Assembly: GCF_030028105.1 (NCBI RefSeq)
Contig: NC_092395.1
Location: 33,014,424 to 33,078,423, forward strand
Direction of reading: 5' to 3'
Origin: Mobula birostris
Lineage: Eukaryota
Length of the DNA: 64,000 nt
Shown: piece by piece, positions 11,354 through 24,452 of the stretch
Position numbering within the stretch: position 1 is the first letter of the stretch
How the letters are laid out: every line of letters begins with the position of its first letter
Translations under genes and position numbers: made by a program
Notes under the pieces: generated by a model
The model's input: only the letters and a program-made list of their open reading frames with translations
Databases searched by the model: none
Told to the model about the DNA's origin: nothing

Positions 11354-13869
11354 AACTGACATTCAGACTGGAGGAGTGCAGATTCATCAATTACAGGACA
11401 GCAGTAGGTCGTTGACGTCAGCTGACCTGCAGTCAGGAACTTGACATAGGTGGAGTCAGTGGTGAGGAAACACTTTGTATGCTGACATAAATAGTCTAAT
11501 GAACCTGTCCTGCCAGTGAGATGGGATGTTTCCAGGTATTATGAATGAAATGCTGCAACTTTTGCCTAAAAGGTGTAGTCCTGTAAGACATCTACACTAA
11601 GACTTTTCTAATTCAGGCACGTCAAGATTTTAAGAGGAAATTTGCAGAATCAACTAGGAATGTATGCACTTAGTTATGTTTGATGCAATTTTTGCATTGG
11701 TGCCTGATGGGATTAACTTTTATTTTTGTGCTTTAATACAAGGATTTAATGTAACTTGAGTAGCTTGCTATGCTACTCTCCCACACCTTCTCCCTGCCCA
11801 GCATACTCTCTTGTCTTACCCCCGTGCTCCCTCCTCCACCACTTTGTGTGCCTCTCTTCCTCCCCCCCCACCCTCAAGCCTTCTCCCCCCCCCCACTCCC
11901 CCCATGGCAATGGGGAGAGTGTGTGCAGAGAGAGGAGCTAAGGAAGCTGTCATTTCATCTTTATGGAGTCAAATAAATTGCCTCTTCACATGAGCATCTT
12001 AATGAAAGATACAGTAGATCATAAAAACACTGACATTTTGCTGCAGAGCAGGTGGGATCGATGCATAGATCTCACCTTTCACTGCACAATAACAGCATGA
12101 AGCTTCACTCATAAACTAGTTCATTTCAGTAACTGTTGTGCACCCCGTCACATAAGGTGACCTTGTATTGTGCTTCATTAATCCTTCCATTAATGACCTA
12201 GTCACGTAACAGTAGCTTCAAGGAGCATTACTGTTGTTGCAAAATAAAAGAGCAATGCAATTGCTTTACCACCTTTGTAGCATGGTTGGAAAATTACTAA
12301 CATTAAATAGTTAATCTCTATTATATGTTGTAAATGTAATGATCATGGTTTAGAATATTAATCATATATTCTAGAGTAAATGTGCTCTATGAAACGTGAG
12401 CCACACAGTAATATTATTTTGGTTAAGATGCTCAATTTTATTTGTATTGCTGTTCAAAAAGGCTCTTAAAGCAAAACTCTTACCAACAACTCTAATTGCA
12501 TAATTTTAAAGTTTTTTTCTTATGCATTTCTACTTACTAGGATTTGTGCAAGGCCTAGGTTAGAGTTGTAGTACTGTAGGTGTCTTCTCCTCCGAGTTTT
12601 ACACAAGTACAGTTCCTAACAGCAGGTTACCAAGCACAAGTAGCTGCTTTTCTATATCAATTTGGTGAATGTGGCCAGGTTAGTGGAACAGCAACTTAAA
12701 TAATTTAAATAATGAATGAAATTCACCTCACAAGAGCAATCTCCTCTTTCTCTCTTTGACTTCTATCATCTCTTTTCCAAGAATACTTTCGCAACTAACA
12801 TTCATTATGAGGCTACAGATTTCTGTAGTTATCCTAACTGCATTTCTGCCTTTTCTCCTTTCAGATGATGTGTCTTCATTGTATTATTATAGCTACCCAC
12901 ATTCTGATATGTCTCACATTTTACTCTACAGTGGAACATTGTGATTCATTTCACTGTCACTTTAATTCTCACTTCTCTGATCCTCATCCTCCTACACTGT
13001 GACACTAAAGCAAAATTTAAGTTCAAGAATTGACATCTCAGCGCATCTTTTAACTGGGCACCTTGCAGCCTTCCAGCCTCAGTGTTGGACTCAATTGTAT
13101 TTATTTATTTCGGTTCAGGATCTGTTTGTGTTGCTATGGCCAGAAATTTTTTAACAATCACTAAATGTCCTTGAGAGGACTGACTTGATAGGCCAATTCC
13201 TAGGCCATTAAAGATCAAGCACATTGGAGATCAGAATTGTATATTGGCCAGACTTGATAAAGATGGCAGATTTCTCCTGAAAAATATGTGAATCAGTTGG
13301 ATCTTTACAGTTCACAAGTTTTATTATCGTCCCTAATATTGACAAATTTTGTCTTCAATTCTAGATGATAAACTGAATTTAAATTCCATATGCTGCTGCA
13401 GTGAGATTTTAAACTTGGAGTTCAGGATTGTTAGTGCAGTCCTCCAATTGACTAGTCCTGTGCATCTCACCACATGCTATTTCAGATGAGTCTATTTCAC
13501 CATTTTCCTTTGGTCTAGAGCAATTATTCTTTATTCGTTCAATGCTGCCATCTTTTATCTTGCACCATTGCTTCATTTTGTAATTAGTCTCTCTTCATTC
13601 TGAGGTTTTATTTTCAGCTTTGTCTTATTTTTTCACAATCTGAGTTCAGCATACTTAGCACAAGTCTAACTGCTCATTTTTTTTTAGAACTTTATCATCC
13701 TGATCCTGATCTGAGTTTCATCACATTTACTGTCCTTAGTTTTCACAGTTGGCAGCAACTTCAACAAATTGTGCTGCAAGTATTGTCCATACTAAATACT
13801 CGGCTGTTTGACCAGTAATGAAATTAATTGCCCTAAATGCATTTTAGATCAGAGCATATATTTTAGAAA

Positions 13870-14430
13870 AGTACTATGATTCCTGTAAGATAGCTGTGGT
13901 CTTGAAGGTACAAATTATGCAGACTATAGAGATGAGCAACAACATTCTGAACCAAAATGAATCCTTAGGTCCAAACCCCAGAGCAGCCCGGAGTAGGCCC
14001 AAAGCCTCAGTATCAGTTCATGATATTATCAAGAGCACAGCAGCTGAGGTAGTCATCATAGCCTCGGTGCCATGGAGAGAGGAGTGAACATAGCGGGAGA
14101 ACGCATGAAATTGGCTCTCATGTCCGATCGTGGCACCCTGTTTTCCAGGCTCTCTGGCTGGTGTTTAAATTGTTAAAACATTGTATCATACCTTGCACTA
14201 GGACCCTGGCATCACTGCAACGAAGGGCTCCAGACCTAGAGCACGCCACCCAGTGACTTGTTCGAGGAACAGATTTTGCCACCCTGCCCGAAGCCGCCCT
14301 TGATTTCTCCAAATTGGCTCGGCGCTCTGAGTGATCCAGCGTCGCACCTGTGCCAGTTGTAGTTTCTCCTCTCCAAATGGCTCACTCCATCTGCGTGTAC
14401 TCTGCAACGTACTAGCACAGTACATCCCTC
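13870..14430. repeat. Unclassified GC/CpG-rich segment, probably an interspersed repeat
   Basis: Abrupt GC and CpG rise within an AT-rich intron. No coherent ORF and no family assignment possible by eye. Confidence 0.35.
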
Positions 14431-14879
14431 AAATTTGCTTCGCCTTTGCTTGCTTCTTCATTATCTGTGGTGATAATTTACTGCAACTTACTTCAGAAAT
14501 TAGTAATGTTTTTAGTTGAATCCCTTGCCTTTTGAACTACCAGTGGGCTGTTGCATGCATTTGGTAGCGCCGGCTTAACTGAAAGTTTGGAGGTGTGAAG
14601 AAACAGATGTGACAATGCTTCAAAATTAATTGGCATAAAAAATAGAGAGGTTTGAGGAAGAAATATACTTGCCCTTACTTCCTTTCTTCTCATGTGTTCC
14701 ACTTAAAGTATTTTCTGGCTAGTGTTTGTCATCTGTATGAGTGTTTTTTTTTGCCCTAGGATGAAACAGTGGTGAATGGAAGGGTCTTGCTTTTGGTTAT
14801 AAATTTTATTGGGTTACTAAATCAAATATTAATGTCCTTAACCATAAAATGCCAGTAATATGTGATTCATTGGAACAGT

Positions 14880-15650
14880 AATCAGATCAGGTTTAATATC
14901 ACCATTGTATATTGTGAAATTTGTTGTTTTGCGGCAGTGGTACATTACAATACATAAAAACTATAATTTACAGTAAGAAGTAGGTATAAAAAAGAAAATT
15001 AAATTAAATAAGTAGTACAAAAATAAGGACGGGGAGAAATACTGAAGTAGTGTTCATGGGTTCATTGTCCATTCAGAAATCTGATGGTGGAGGGTAAGAA
15101 CCTGTTCTTAAAATGTTGAGCATGTGTCTTCAGGCCCCTAAACTTCCTCTTTGATGGTTGCAGTGAGATGAGATCATATCCTAGGTGATGGGAGTCCTTA
15201 GTGATGGATGCCACTTCTTTGAGGCATCACTTTTTGAAGGTGCCCTGAATGCTGAGGAGGCTGGTGCCCACGACGAAACTGACTGACTGCAATTTTCTGC
15301 AGCTTTTTCTGATCCTGTGCAGTGGCCCCTCTAGATGGTGATGCAACCAGTTAAAAAGCTCTCCTTGAGACATTTGTAGAAATTTGCTAGTGTCTTTGGT
15401 GGCATACCAATTCTCCTCAAACATTTAATGAAGTAATTGCATCAATATGTTGGGCCTCAGTTAAGTCCTCAGAGATACTGACACTCAGGAACTTGAAACT
15501 GCTCATCCTTTCCACTTCTGATCTCTTGACAAGACTGGCGTGTGTTCCCTTGACTACCCCTTCCTGAAGTCCACAATCAATTCTTTGGGACTTACTGATG
15601 TTGATTGCAAGGTTGTGATCCCACTCAACTTGAGCTCTATCTCACTCCTG
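14880..15650 (-). mobile_element. Rex1/Babar-type LINE 3' fragment
   Basis: Tail atcaggtttaatatcacc and body colinear with 9575-10400. Confidence 0.85.
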
Positions 15651-16469
15651 CTGCATTGATATAACTTTCAAGCCTCGGAAATATATGGAAAATTAACTCA
15701 AAGAATGTAAACTCTGCAATTTTTTTTAATGGGGGCAAAAATAAAGCTACAAAGCTTGATTTTCATCACTATCATGAGGTATTTCACTAAATGTTGTTGA
15801 AAACCACAGGGAACTAAATTGAAAATGTCTCTTCCTCTGTTGGTATAAAGTTTTAATTAAAGCCCATTCCACACTTTTATGTTCTCTCTGTTTTGATGCC
15901 TAGATTCATCCATCAATGTCTGAATGCTTTATTCTTTCCCATGTTGGTGATCTCTATTGACCCTTGATGCCTTATTTCTGGGTGGGTGGTTCCACTGGCC
16001 TATTTATTTCCTTCAAAGTTTGACTTTCTTCCTAATGTCATCCATCTTGTTCCTGAAAGGCAGAGCCATCGATTTTCAATATAATTTGTCCCATCATGAA
16101 AATTTAAAAAGACAAAATCAAAAGTGATTTTCATAACCAGCTAGCTCCACAATTGTACATTTCATTGGCATTGCTTCGAAGAGAATTGTGGGTTGAAAAT
16201 AACTCCTGAAAAGGTTTCAGTATTTTCTCTTCATATTTCATATTTCTCTATCTTTTGTTTAAATCATTCCTGTATTAATATCCATGTTTGTTTCTAATAT
16301 GTGCTTCTGCTCTGTGCTGCTGGGTATTGTTCAGTCTCATTTGTGACCTGTTGTTGTTTATTAGATTTAAAATAGTTATCCATCCAAATTGATGTATTTA
16401 AAGACTGATAGAACCAAATACAACTTAGGTATTCATTTTATTAACCGAACATTAATTGGATTTGCACTA

Positions 16470-17410
16470 GGCATGGTAACATAGTGCTCATCATACTTTA
16501 CAGTACCAGTGACCGGAGTTTGATTCTCGCTGCTGCCTGTACGGGGTTTGTACCTTCTTCCTGAGACCACGTGGGTTTCCACCGGGTGCTCAGGTTTCCT
16601 CACACAGCCAAAAATCAGTCAAAGGTTCAAAGGTTCATTTATTATCAATATGTACAACCCTGAAATTCTTCTTCTGCAGATAGCCACAAAACTAAGAAAG
16701 AAAAAAACGGTAACATGATCATCAATCACCAAATCCCTCCCACGCACAAACAAAAACGAACTAAAAAGGAACAGGCACGTCGACCCCCAAGTACCCCTCC
16801 CTGCACACAAGAAAATGAGAAAGGTTGGGCAAAAAACACAGAATACAAAAAAACCATAAGACTGACAAAAAGTCTACATCCAGAATGCAGAAAACCTGGG
16901 CAACATTTCCCTCTCCATAGCAGAGCTATCTCACCAGCAATAAAAAGGCAGTGTCCCTTCTCTGTAGCAGAGTAATCTCACCGGTGATAAAAAAAAGACA
17001 GTCTCCTCTCTCCGTATATCACCAGCAATAAAAAGGCAGGCAGCTGGATTTCGGTCTCCCTCATCACTTTAATCTTGAACAACGGAGTTGAACATCGGCT
17101 CATAGCCTTCTTACCACAAGGTTCCCACACACTGCCTCTGCCTCCTGGAAACCCCTTGGAGACTGCAGAGCGCTGAAACACCCAAACGATCTCCAAACTG
17201 CAATTTGCAGGCTCCAGCTGTTCCAGAATAACATTCAAGATGAAAAGCAAATGTAAAAGGCATAACAGAAGTGAAATACATGGTTTCATGATCTATCCAG
17301 AAGATGCCATCTTGACTGGAAGTATCAATTTATAGTCACTGTAAATTGTCCCACGATTAGGCGTGGATTAGATCAGGGGATTGCTAGGCAGTGCGACTCG
17401 AAGGGCCAGA
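16470..17410 (+). mobile_element. V-SINE/HE1-like SINE split by an insertion (pieces about 16470-16615 and 17325-17410)
   Basis: Head ggcatggtaacatagtg, core gtgggtttccaccgggtgctcaggtttcctc. The second half tgtaaattgtccc...gaagggcc resumes after the insert. Confidence 0.75.
16619..17322 (-). mobile_element. Non-autonomous LINE-like element (no ORF, LINE-type tail)
   Basis: The minus strand starts CCAGTCAAGATGGCA and ends (TTGAACC)n. Its 3' end resembles that of 46188-46857. Confidence 0.6.
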
Positions 17411-17529
17411 TTGTGAAAATATCAAGCCTGATGAAGATGTGGGAGATATCATTGAGCTGGTCATGGTGTTGCTATATACCGAGGCAGTGTTTAGGATTGT
17501 GCATGTTTGTGTACAAACTGAGTAGTTGA

Positions 17530-17730
17530 AGGGATGTAGTTATTCTTGAACCTGGTGATGTGGTACTTCAGGCCTGCTTCATAATTGTAGCTGTGAAAAG
17601 ATGGCATGGCCTGGATGGTGCAGATCTTTGATTTCAATCTTGAGGTGGTGCCTCATGTAGAAACTTCAATGATCTCCCCATGATATATTGAGCTGAGTCC
17701 ATTGCTTTCTGCAGCTCCTTGCATTCCTAC
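17530..17730 (-). mobile_element. Old Rex/L2-type LINE fragment
   Basis: gttattcttgaacctggtgatgtggtacttcaggc...gatggcatggcctggatggtg resembles the reverse-strand ORF2 end of the other copies. Confidence 0.5.
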
Positions 17731-18321
17731 GCAGCACAGGCTGCTTCCAATTAGTTGTTTAATTGTCCACCACCATTCACACTGTAGAGCTTTCATCTGC
17801 TTTGTTAGTTATGCAATGGCTTTGATTTGTCTCATTTTAAAGTGTTTTCTAATGTATTTTAAAACATAGGAATTTTAAACTGGGGATGATGAATCCAGAC
17901 ATAGTTTAAACAATTGCCAGAGCATTTCTGTGGATGAGTAGTGCATGAGAGACTGCAGATGCTGGAAATCTGGATCAATTTCATGTTAAGAGTTTATATC
18001 TGCACATCAGGACAAATTGCTGAAATCTATTTTAAGCCAAAAGCTTTGATGTACAACACCTGCAAAAGTTTAAAAAAATTCTCATGTAGGTTTTATTGCA
18101 TCAAGGGAGTTTCATTATACCTTAAGTCTATTGCTTTGATCTGCTCACATTGCCAGGGGCCTCCTTTACTGGCAGCTAGGCTAGACATGGTCTCTAGGAT
18201 TTGAAAGTTGCTGCTAAAAGTTCATGAAAAATGTATGGATAGTTGTTAGGATGATGAATGGTGTTCCCTAGTTAACAGCAAGGTTATTTAGGCACGTAGT
18301 TTTAATTCAGTTTATTCGTTG

Positions 18322-18592
18322 ATTTAGAGGTACAGCATGGAGCAGTCCCTTCTGGCCCAATGAGCCACACTGCCCAGCACTCCACCTATTTTAACACTAG
18401 CCTAATCACAAAATAATTTATAAAGACCAATTAACCTACTAACTGATACGTCTTTGGACTATGGGAGGAAGCCTGAGCACCCAGAGAAAACCCACGCAGT
18501 CATGGAGAGAACATACAAACTATCTCCAGACAGCTAGATTTGAACTCCACATTCTGATGCCCCAAGACATGTTAACTGCTATGCTACCGTGG
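18322..18592 (-). mobile_element. V-SINE/HE1-like SINE
   Basis: Reverse core ggaggaagcctgagcacccagagaaaacccacgcagtcatggagagaacatacaaact. Confidence 0.85.
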
Positions 18593-18987
18593 TGCATTAA
18601 GTAGCTATAATGACCTAATTGGTCAAATGGGAAGGCTGCTGTTCAGAACTACGTTTTACCAATCATCAACTCTTTCAGAACCCAGACACGCCTTGAAGGA
18701 TATGGAATTCTATCAAAAAGCATACTAACATAAATTGGTTCAGAGAAATGGCTAGATCTGATATATACCAGTTACCAGCCTCCAGCTATTCTTTTTCTCC
18801 CAGTATATTCCCAAATGCAGCCTTCTGTTTGGAAGCTATCAAGTGACTTGTGAGGCCCTTTTAATGGCCAGCTCTGTCCTGAAAAGCTTTGCAATTCACA
18901 GGTTCTCATTGTATTGTAATCTGCAACCCTCAGAACAAGGATATGGTCCATCACCCATCTGTTTAGCTGGTAGGCATGAACCTTTGA

Positions 18988-19709
18988 TCACAAGACAAAG
19001 GAGCAGAAGTAGGCCATTCGGCCCATTTTGTCTGCTCCGCAGCTGCCCCATGAGCTAAACTATTCACCCATCTAGTTCCAATTTTCGGCTTTTTCCCCAT
19101 ATCCCTTGATACCCTGACTAATTAGATACCTGTCATCTCCTCCTTAAACACCCTCAATGATCGGGCCTCCACAGCTGTATGTGGCAACGAATTCCACAAA
19201 TCCACGACCCTCTGGCTAAAAAAATTTCTCCTCATCTCTGTTTTAACTGGGTACCCTCTAATTCTAAGACTATGGCCTTTTGTCCTGGACCCACCCACCA
19301 AGGGAAACAACCTTTCCACATCTCTGTCCAACCCTTTCAACATTCGAAATGTTTCTATGAGATCCCCTCTCATTCTTCTATACGCTAATGAATACAGTCC
19401 AAGAGCTGACAAACGCTCCTCATATGTTAGCCCCTGCATTCCAGGAATCATCCTCGTAAATCTTCTCTGAACTCTCTCCAACATCAGTACATCCTTTCTA
19501 AGATAGGGGGCCCAAAACTGCACACAGTATTCCAAATGAGGTCTCACTAATGCCCCATAGAGCCTCATCAACACCTCCTTACTCTTATACACTATTCCTC
19601 TTGAAATGAATGCCAACACAGCATTCACTTTCCTTACTGCCGATCCAGTCTAGTGGTTAACCTTTAGGGTATCCTGCACGAGGACCCCCAAGTCCCTTTG
19701 CACTTCCGA
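18988..19709 (-). mobile_element. Young 5'-truncated CR1 LINE
   Basis: Uninterrupted 168-aa frame including LYGALVRPHLEYCVQFWAPYLRKD, RMRGDLIETF and RRNFFSQRVVDLWNSLP, followed by a CR1 3' UTR. Confidence 0.95.
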
Positions 19710-20529
19710 TTAATAATGGTTAAAATTTTTGATTAGATCACCCAAAACTTTAATAACATTGCGTACACATCCTGGCCCTGAGGGGACAAAGCTTATATTC
19801 ACCGGCTGGGTTAAAACAATGGATCTTCAGCCTGCAGGCCACATTGTTCCTGTCTCTGTCCTGGCCACAGGGGGTTAACTCCAAGTGAGTAAAATTCAGA
19901 CCTTTCAGGAGAGAGCTGCTGTCATCTGTGCAGAAATGTGGCAGTTCTTTTCCTGTTACCTGGAAGTTTATTCAGATTTGGCAATCACTTCATTCGGGGC
20001 CAGCAGGGAAACACTTCTTCAGGTCATACAAAGACTCTACTGACATTCTCCTTGCTTTCCATTGTTGGCAAAATGAGAATTGGTACTGTTGGCGTAAGGC
20101 ATGAGCAGGATGTGCAGGCATTTGGCAATTACAGTGCCATGCTAAACTGTATAGAAAACTGTTATCACACGGCCTGTGACAAATTAGAATATTGGCATTT
20201 TGGCTCAGCTGGAATGCCGAATTTCTGAATCATAAAGCCAGCTGAAAGTGTTGTAACTGCTGGTTTAACTTTGGACGATCCACTAGTCTCAGCAGTGTGT
20301 AAAACAATAAAGATGAGACTGTGAAAAACATGGACCACTTCCAATATCTTAGGAACCACTTCTCAGTGAAAACAGATGAAATTCCTCTTTAGTGCACCAG
20401 AATAATATTTGAGCAGTTAAAGAAAATGGTTTTTAAAGATCAAGATGTCAGATCTGGCATACTGGACCTGGCGTTCTGGTTAATGGTGATCCTCAGTCTT
20501 CTATATACTTGTAAGATGTTTACTTTTGG

Positions 20530-20900
20530 AGCAGGCATCTCAAAGCAATGAAAAAGTATATCAATACTGGCTCTGCAAAGTCCTCCAAATTTATTGGAAG
20601 GGCAAGGGAATTAATGTTGATATTCTTTCCCTAGCCAACACTCCCATTATTGAAGCCCTTATTACAATAATACACTATATTGGCATAAGATGTATTATAT
20701 GCATGCCTGACAGGAGACTCTTCAAACAGATGACCTATTCTGAACTTTCTCAAGCAAAGAGGGTGGACAGAGGAAAGTATTCAAGGATATGCTTAAAAAG
20801 TTCTTGAAAAAATGCAACATTTCCATTAGCTCCTTGGAATCTCCGGCTCATGATCATTCAAACTGGAGAAGAAACATTCAACATTGTGCTGAGAACCTTA
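20530..20900 (+). mobile_element. Degenerate RTE-clade LINE C-terminal fragment
   Basis: LCKVLQIYWK...NVDILSLANTPIIEALI...MPDRRLFKQMTYSEL, an RTE-type post-RT region. Confidence 0.75.
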
Positions 20901-21017
20901 GGCTGTCTATTGAGATAACCGTGAGCCAATGTCTAAGTAATGGAAGGAGTGGAACATTTTATTAATTGCCTGCCAGCCACTCTTTGCCCCATCTGTGGAA
21001 TAGTCTGCAGTTGCCAC

Positions 21018-21886
21018 TGTGACGTAATCAGCAACAATGAATATATAATTGGAGTCAGGTTTTATTAAAAAAAAACAAGCAAACATTTATTAAACTCTGC
21101 TCAACAATAGAGAAAAGTATTCCAACGACTAACTTAACCGGAAGTTAACTGCTATACGCCAACTCTGGAACAGTTCTTAAAAGGGTAAATTCGAAAACTG
21201 TTCTTAAAGTGGTAAATTCGAAATTCCAAGTGGTTTACACAGTCAGTAAGGAGAGACTTCTCTGGAAACAGATTTCTTTGAAGAAGTGACGTTACTGCTG
21301 ATTCTCCGAAGGATTCACGATGAAGGAAGTAAAATGGCTTAAAGGAATTGGCGACTGAACACTGCACAAACTTCCCTGCTCTTGCAGGAGTTATCTCAGA
21401 TGCATGTCACTATTTCTGAACAAAGACTCAATAAGGTCTATCCTTTATTAAACCGCCAAACGACTTCAACTTTATTTGATCCTTCAGGTTCCCTTACTTT
21501 AGTAAGGTCTTCACTCTCCAATACTACTGTAAAGGAAGAATTATAGATGCAACACACAAACCTGGCAGCAATTGATGAAACTGCCAGCACCAATCTTTGC
21601 ACCTTAAAATAGAAAGGAAATCTCAGTTTTAAAATGAAACTGCATCATGAGACAAATACGCAGCATAACAGAGTAACTGATGAACTAACACAAAACTAAA
21701 CTGAAACTAACTGCGTCACAACAGGGTTTCCCTTTATATACCTGTTGAGAACAGGTCATCATGTGACCTCACTGGTGGGAAAATTACATCATGTGATCTC
21801 CACAAGACGATTACATCATGCTCATAAGACAGTCAATTACATCATGGTTGTAAGATAGTCACAAGATACCCACGAGGTATGTAACA
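21018..21886 (-). mobile_element. Solo LTR (TG...CA), 869 bp, 4-bp TSD CCAC
   Basis: Begins TGT at 21018, ends TAACA at 21886, with CCAC on both flanks. Reverse complement is colinear with 33805-34572. A 4-bp TSD is compatible with Gypsy-type elements. Confidence 0.88.
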
Positions 21887-22813
21887 CCACATTGATCCTG
21901 AGAGACAGATGAGGAAAAGGTCAGCTAAAAGTAATATTTAGAATGGTATTATTGTTGCAGAATTTCTCCCTAATACTATTATTTTTTATGTTTTCTTTCT
22001 AACTTTAACAAATGCCAAATTATTGTTTAATATTTTGGGCTTCCTTTCAGTTTAACACATTCGCCATACAATGGAAATCCTTGCCAATTTATATCAGTTA
22101 CTATTTTTCCTCTTATTGTCTCTTTTGAGAGCCCAAGTCAAGCACAGGAATTTACCATGCGAGACATTTTTTAAGAGTTTTTGATCAACTGCTTTGTTGC
22201 AGGTGCCTCTAGACTACTAACTCAGCAGAAACTGGAATTTTTACAGAGGAACTTGGAATTTCGAGAAGTAGACCGTCATTTCTGATGCATCGATTTGTTT
22301 ATAGTTCTCAAGATTTGTAAAAGAGCATGTGACTGTTTATTCACCCTTGTAAGGAATGTCTCAAATAACCTCCTCCTTTCACTTTCTCCAGCACAGGTTG
22401 GAAATAACTTGTCAGTTGTGCTACATTGCATACAGGGATTATTAATTCTGACACAAAAGATTGGGTTTTATGTCGATGCCTTTGGTGCCAGGTGTTCCAT
22501 CGTTCTGACAGGGTGCTGAGAGATGCTGGTTATATGCTCACAACACTTACATTATTGCAGCAGAATTGGACAAAGCAGCAAGCTGACGTAAAGTCACAGG
22601 CTACTTAAAGCATCCACGCACATTCTGTTTGTGTAGGTAATTCTGGACCATGAACTTAAATTGGTCAGAACTTCATTCAGAAAATATGGTTAAATATTCA
22701 GGAATTTAATGGCCTTATATAATGCATCACTCTGTGACATTCTGGTAAAGTTTGGTTTTGCAATAAAGAACTAAAGCTTGTTGTATTGAGAACATCAGAT
22801 TGTCAGGATATCT

Positions 22814-23570
22814 CAGAATCAGGTTTAGTATCACTGGCATATGTTACAAAATTTATTTTTTTGTAGCAGCAGAACTTTGCAATGGATTTAAAAAAAAAAA
22901 CTATAAATTATATTAAGAAATATATTTTAAAAATTAAAGTAAATACATGGTGCAAAAAGAGAGCCATAAAAAAGAAAAAAAATTGTAGTGTTGTAGTTCA
23001 TTGTCCATTTAGATGGCAGATGGAATAAAGCTGTTCCTTAAATGGGTGTCTTTAACCCCCTGTACCTCCCTTGATGCTAGCAATGAGAAGAGGTGTGTCC
23101 TGGGTGATGGAAGTCATTAATGAAGGATGCCAGTTTTTGTGAAACATCTTCTTTTGAAGATGTCCTCGTTGCTGGGGAGGCCAATACCAGTGATGGAGCT
23201 GGCTGAGTTCAGTAACTTTCTGCAGCCTTTTCTGATCTTGTGCAGTTGTCCTTCCATACCAAGTGGCGATGCAACCATTTAGAAAGCTTTTCTCGGGACA
23301 TCTGTGGACATTTTCGAGACTCTTTGGGGTCATGCCAAGTTTCCTCAGACTCCTAATGAAATTTAGCCACTGTTATGCCTTATTTGTAATTGCATCAATA
23401 TGTTGGGCCTAGTTTAGATCTTCAGAGATACTGACAGCCAGGATCTTGAAACTGCTCATCCTTTCCTCTGCTGACCCCTGGTTGAGTGTGTTCCCTCGAC
23501 TTCCCCTTCCTGAAGTCCACAATCAATTCCTCAGTCTTACTAATGTTGAGTGCAAGGTTGTTTGGTATGT
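22814..23570 (-). mobile_element. Rex1/Babar-type LINE 3' fragment
   Basis: Tail cagaatcaggtttagtatcactggc; minus-strand NNLALNISKTEELIVDFRKG. Confidence 0.85.
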
Positions 23571-23744
23571 TTATCGCCCTTTTGAAGCAGGTAGAAATCC
23601 TGAAGTGTTTGGTGCGAAAGTATTTAGTGTTATGCATAATTTGTCTTAACAAAGCCAAATGGAAAAGAGATAAACGATCAAGTAATCTGTTTTAATGGTG
23701 TTTGTGGAGAGATAATTGTCATCAACCAGACAAACTCATAGTCA

Positions 23745-24060
23745 AAAGAAGATCTGCAGATGCTGGAAATCCAAGCAACATCCACAAAATGCTGAAGAAA
23801 CTCAAGACTCATAAAGAGACGATGTCTTTGTACCCTTCAAATGGGAAATGAACTTTAAAAGAAAGTCATTGTCTTTTTGAGGATGGATAAATAACACTGA
23901 TCTGTTCATAACAAGGAATAATTCTATTTCGAAACTTCTGTCAAGCAAGGAAATAAGTTAGTGAAAGATCATTGACCGGAAATGTTAACACTTGATTCTC
24001 TCTGCATAGGCGCTGCCTGACTGGCTAAGTCTTTCCTGTATTTTCTGTTGCTTATTTAAT
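23745..24060. repeat. Two Penelope-like terminal-repeat fragments in opposite orientation
   Basis: 23745-23810 ctgcagatgctggaaatccaagcaac...aatgctgaagaaactcaa; 23950-24060 ...gaccggaaatgttaac...gcgctgcctgactggctaagtctttcctgtattttctg. Related to 58723-58870 and 63150-63260. Confidence 0.6.
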
Positions 24061-24452
24061 GAAATAAATCAAGAATGCACCTTTGAAAAATGTCTTCATA
24101 TCAATTTTATTTCTGACATTCTTAACTTGACATTTGTACGTTAAGTTCACTTTGGACTTGATGAAACACTCTTGTTCCTGGCTGGATGTCTCATTTACGA
24201 AGCTCTAAATGTTACTTTATTAATTGAATATTACAGTCTGGTCACTGCTGACAGTTTAATGGAGTGATTATTGATGGAAAAGTAAAGCAATCTGTGCATG
24301 AGCTATAGGTCCTGTTGTGACTATTTTTATTTTCACTGAGAAGAGGTGATCCTGTCCCATATATATTCTATATTTTAAGAGATAACTGTCTTGTTATATA
24401 ACAACTTGGGAATTTCTTTGATATGAACTGATATTAGTTCCTTTCTTTTCAA

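Noticed and set aside
11760-11910. C-rich tract and overlapping proline-rich ORFs
   Set aside because: Low-complexity pyrimidine tract. G4 potential on the minus strand is possible but nothing else supports function.
22203-22285. Possible cryptic terminal exon in frame with the 125-nt exon (GASRLLTQQKLEFLQRNLEFREVDRHF*)
   Set aside because: A plausible acceptor (tttgttgcag) and 27 open codons are expected by chance in 35 kb. No homology or transcript support.
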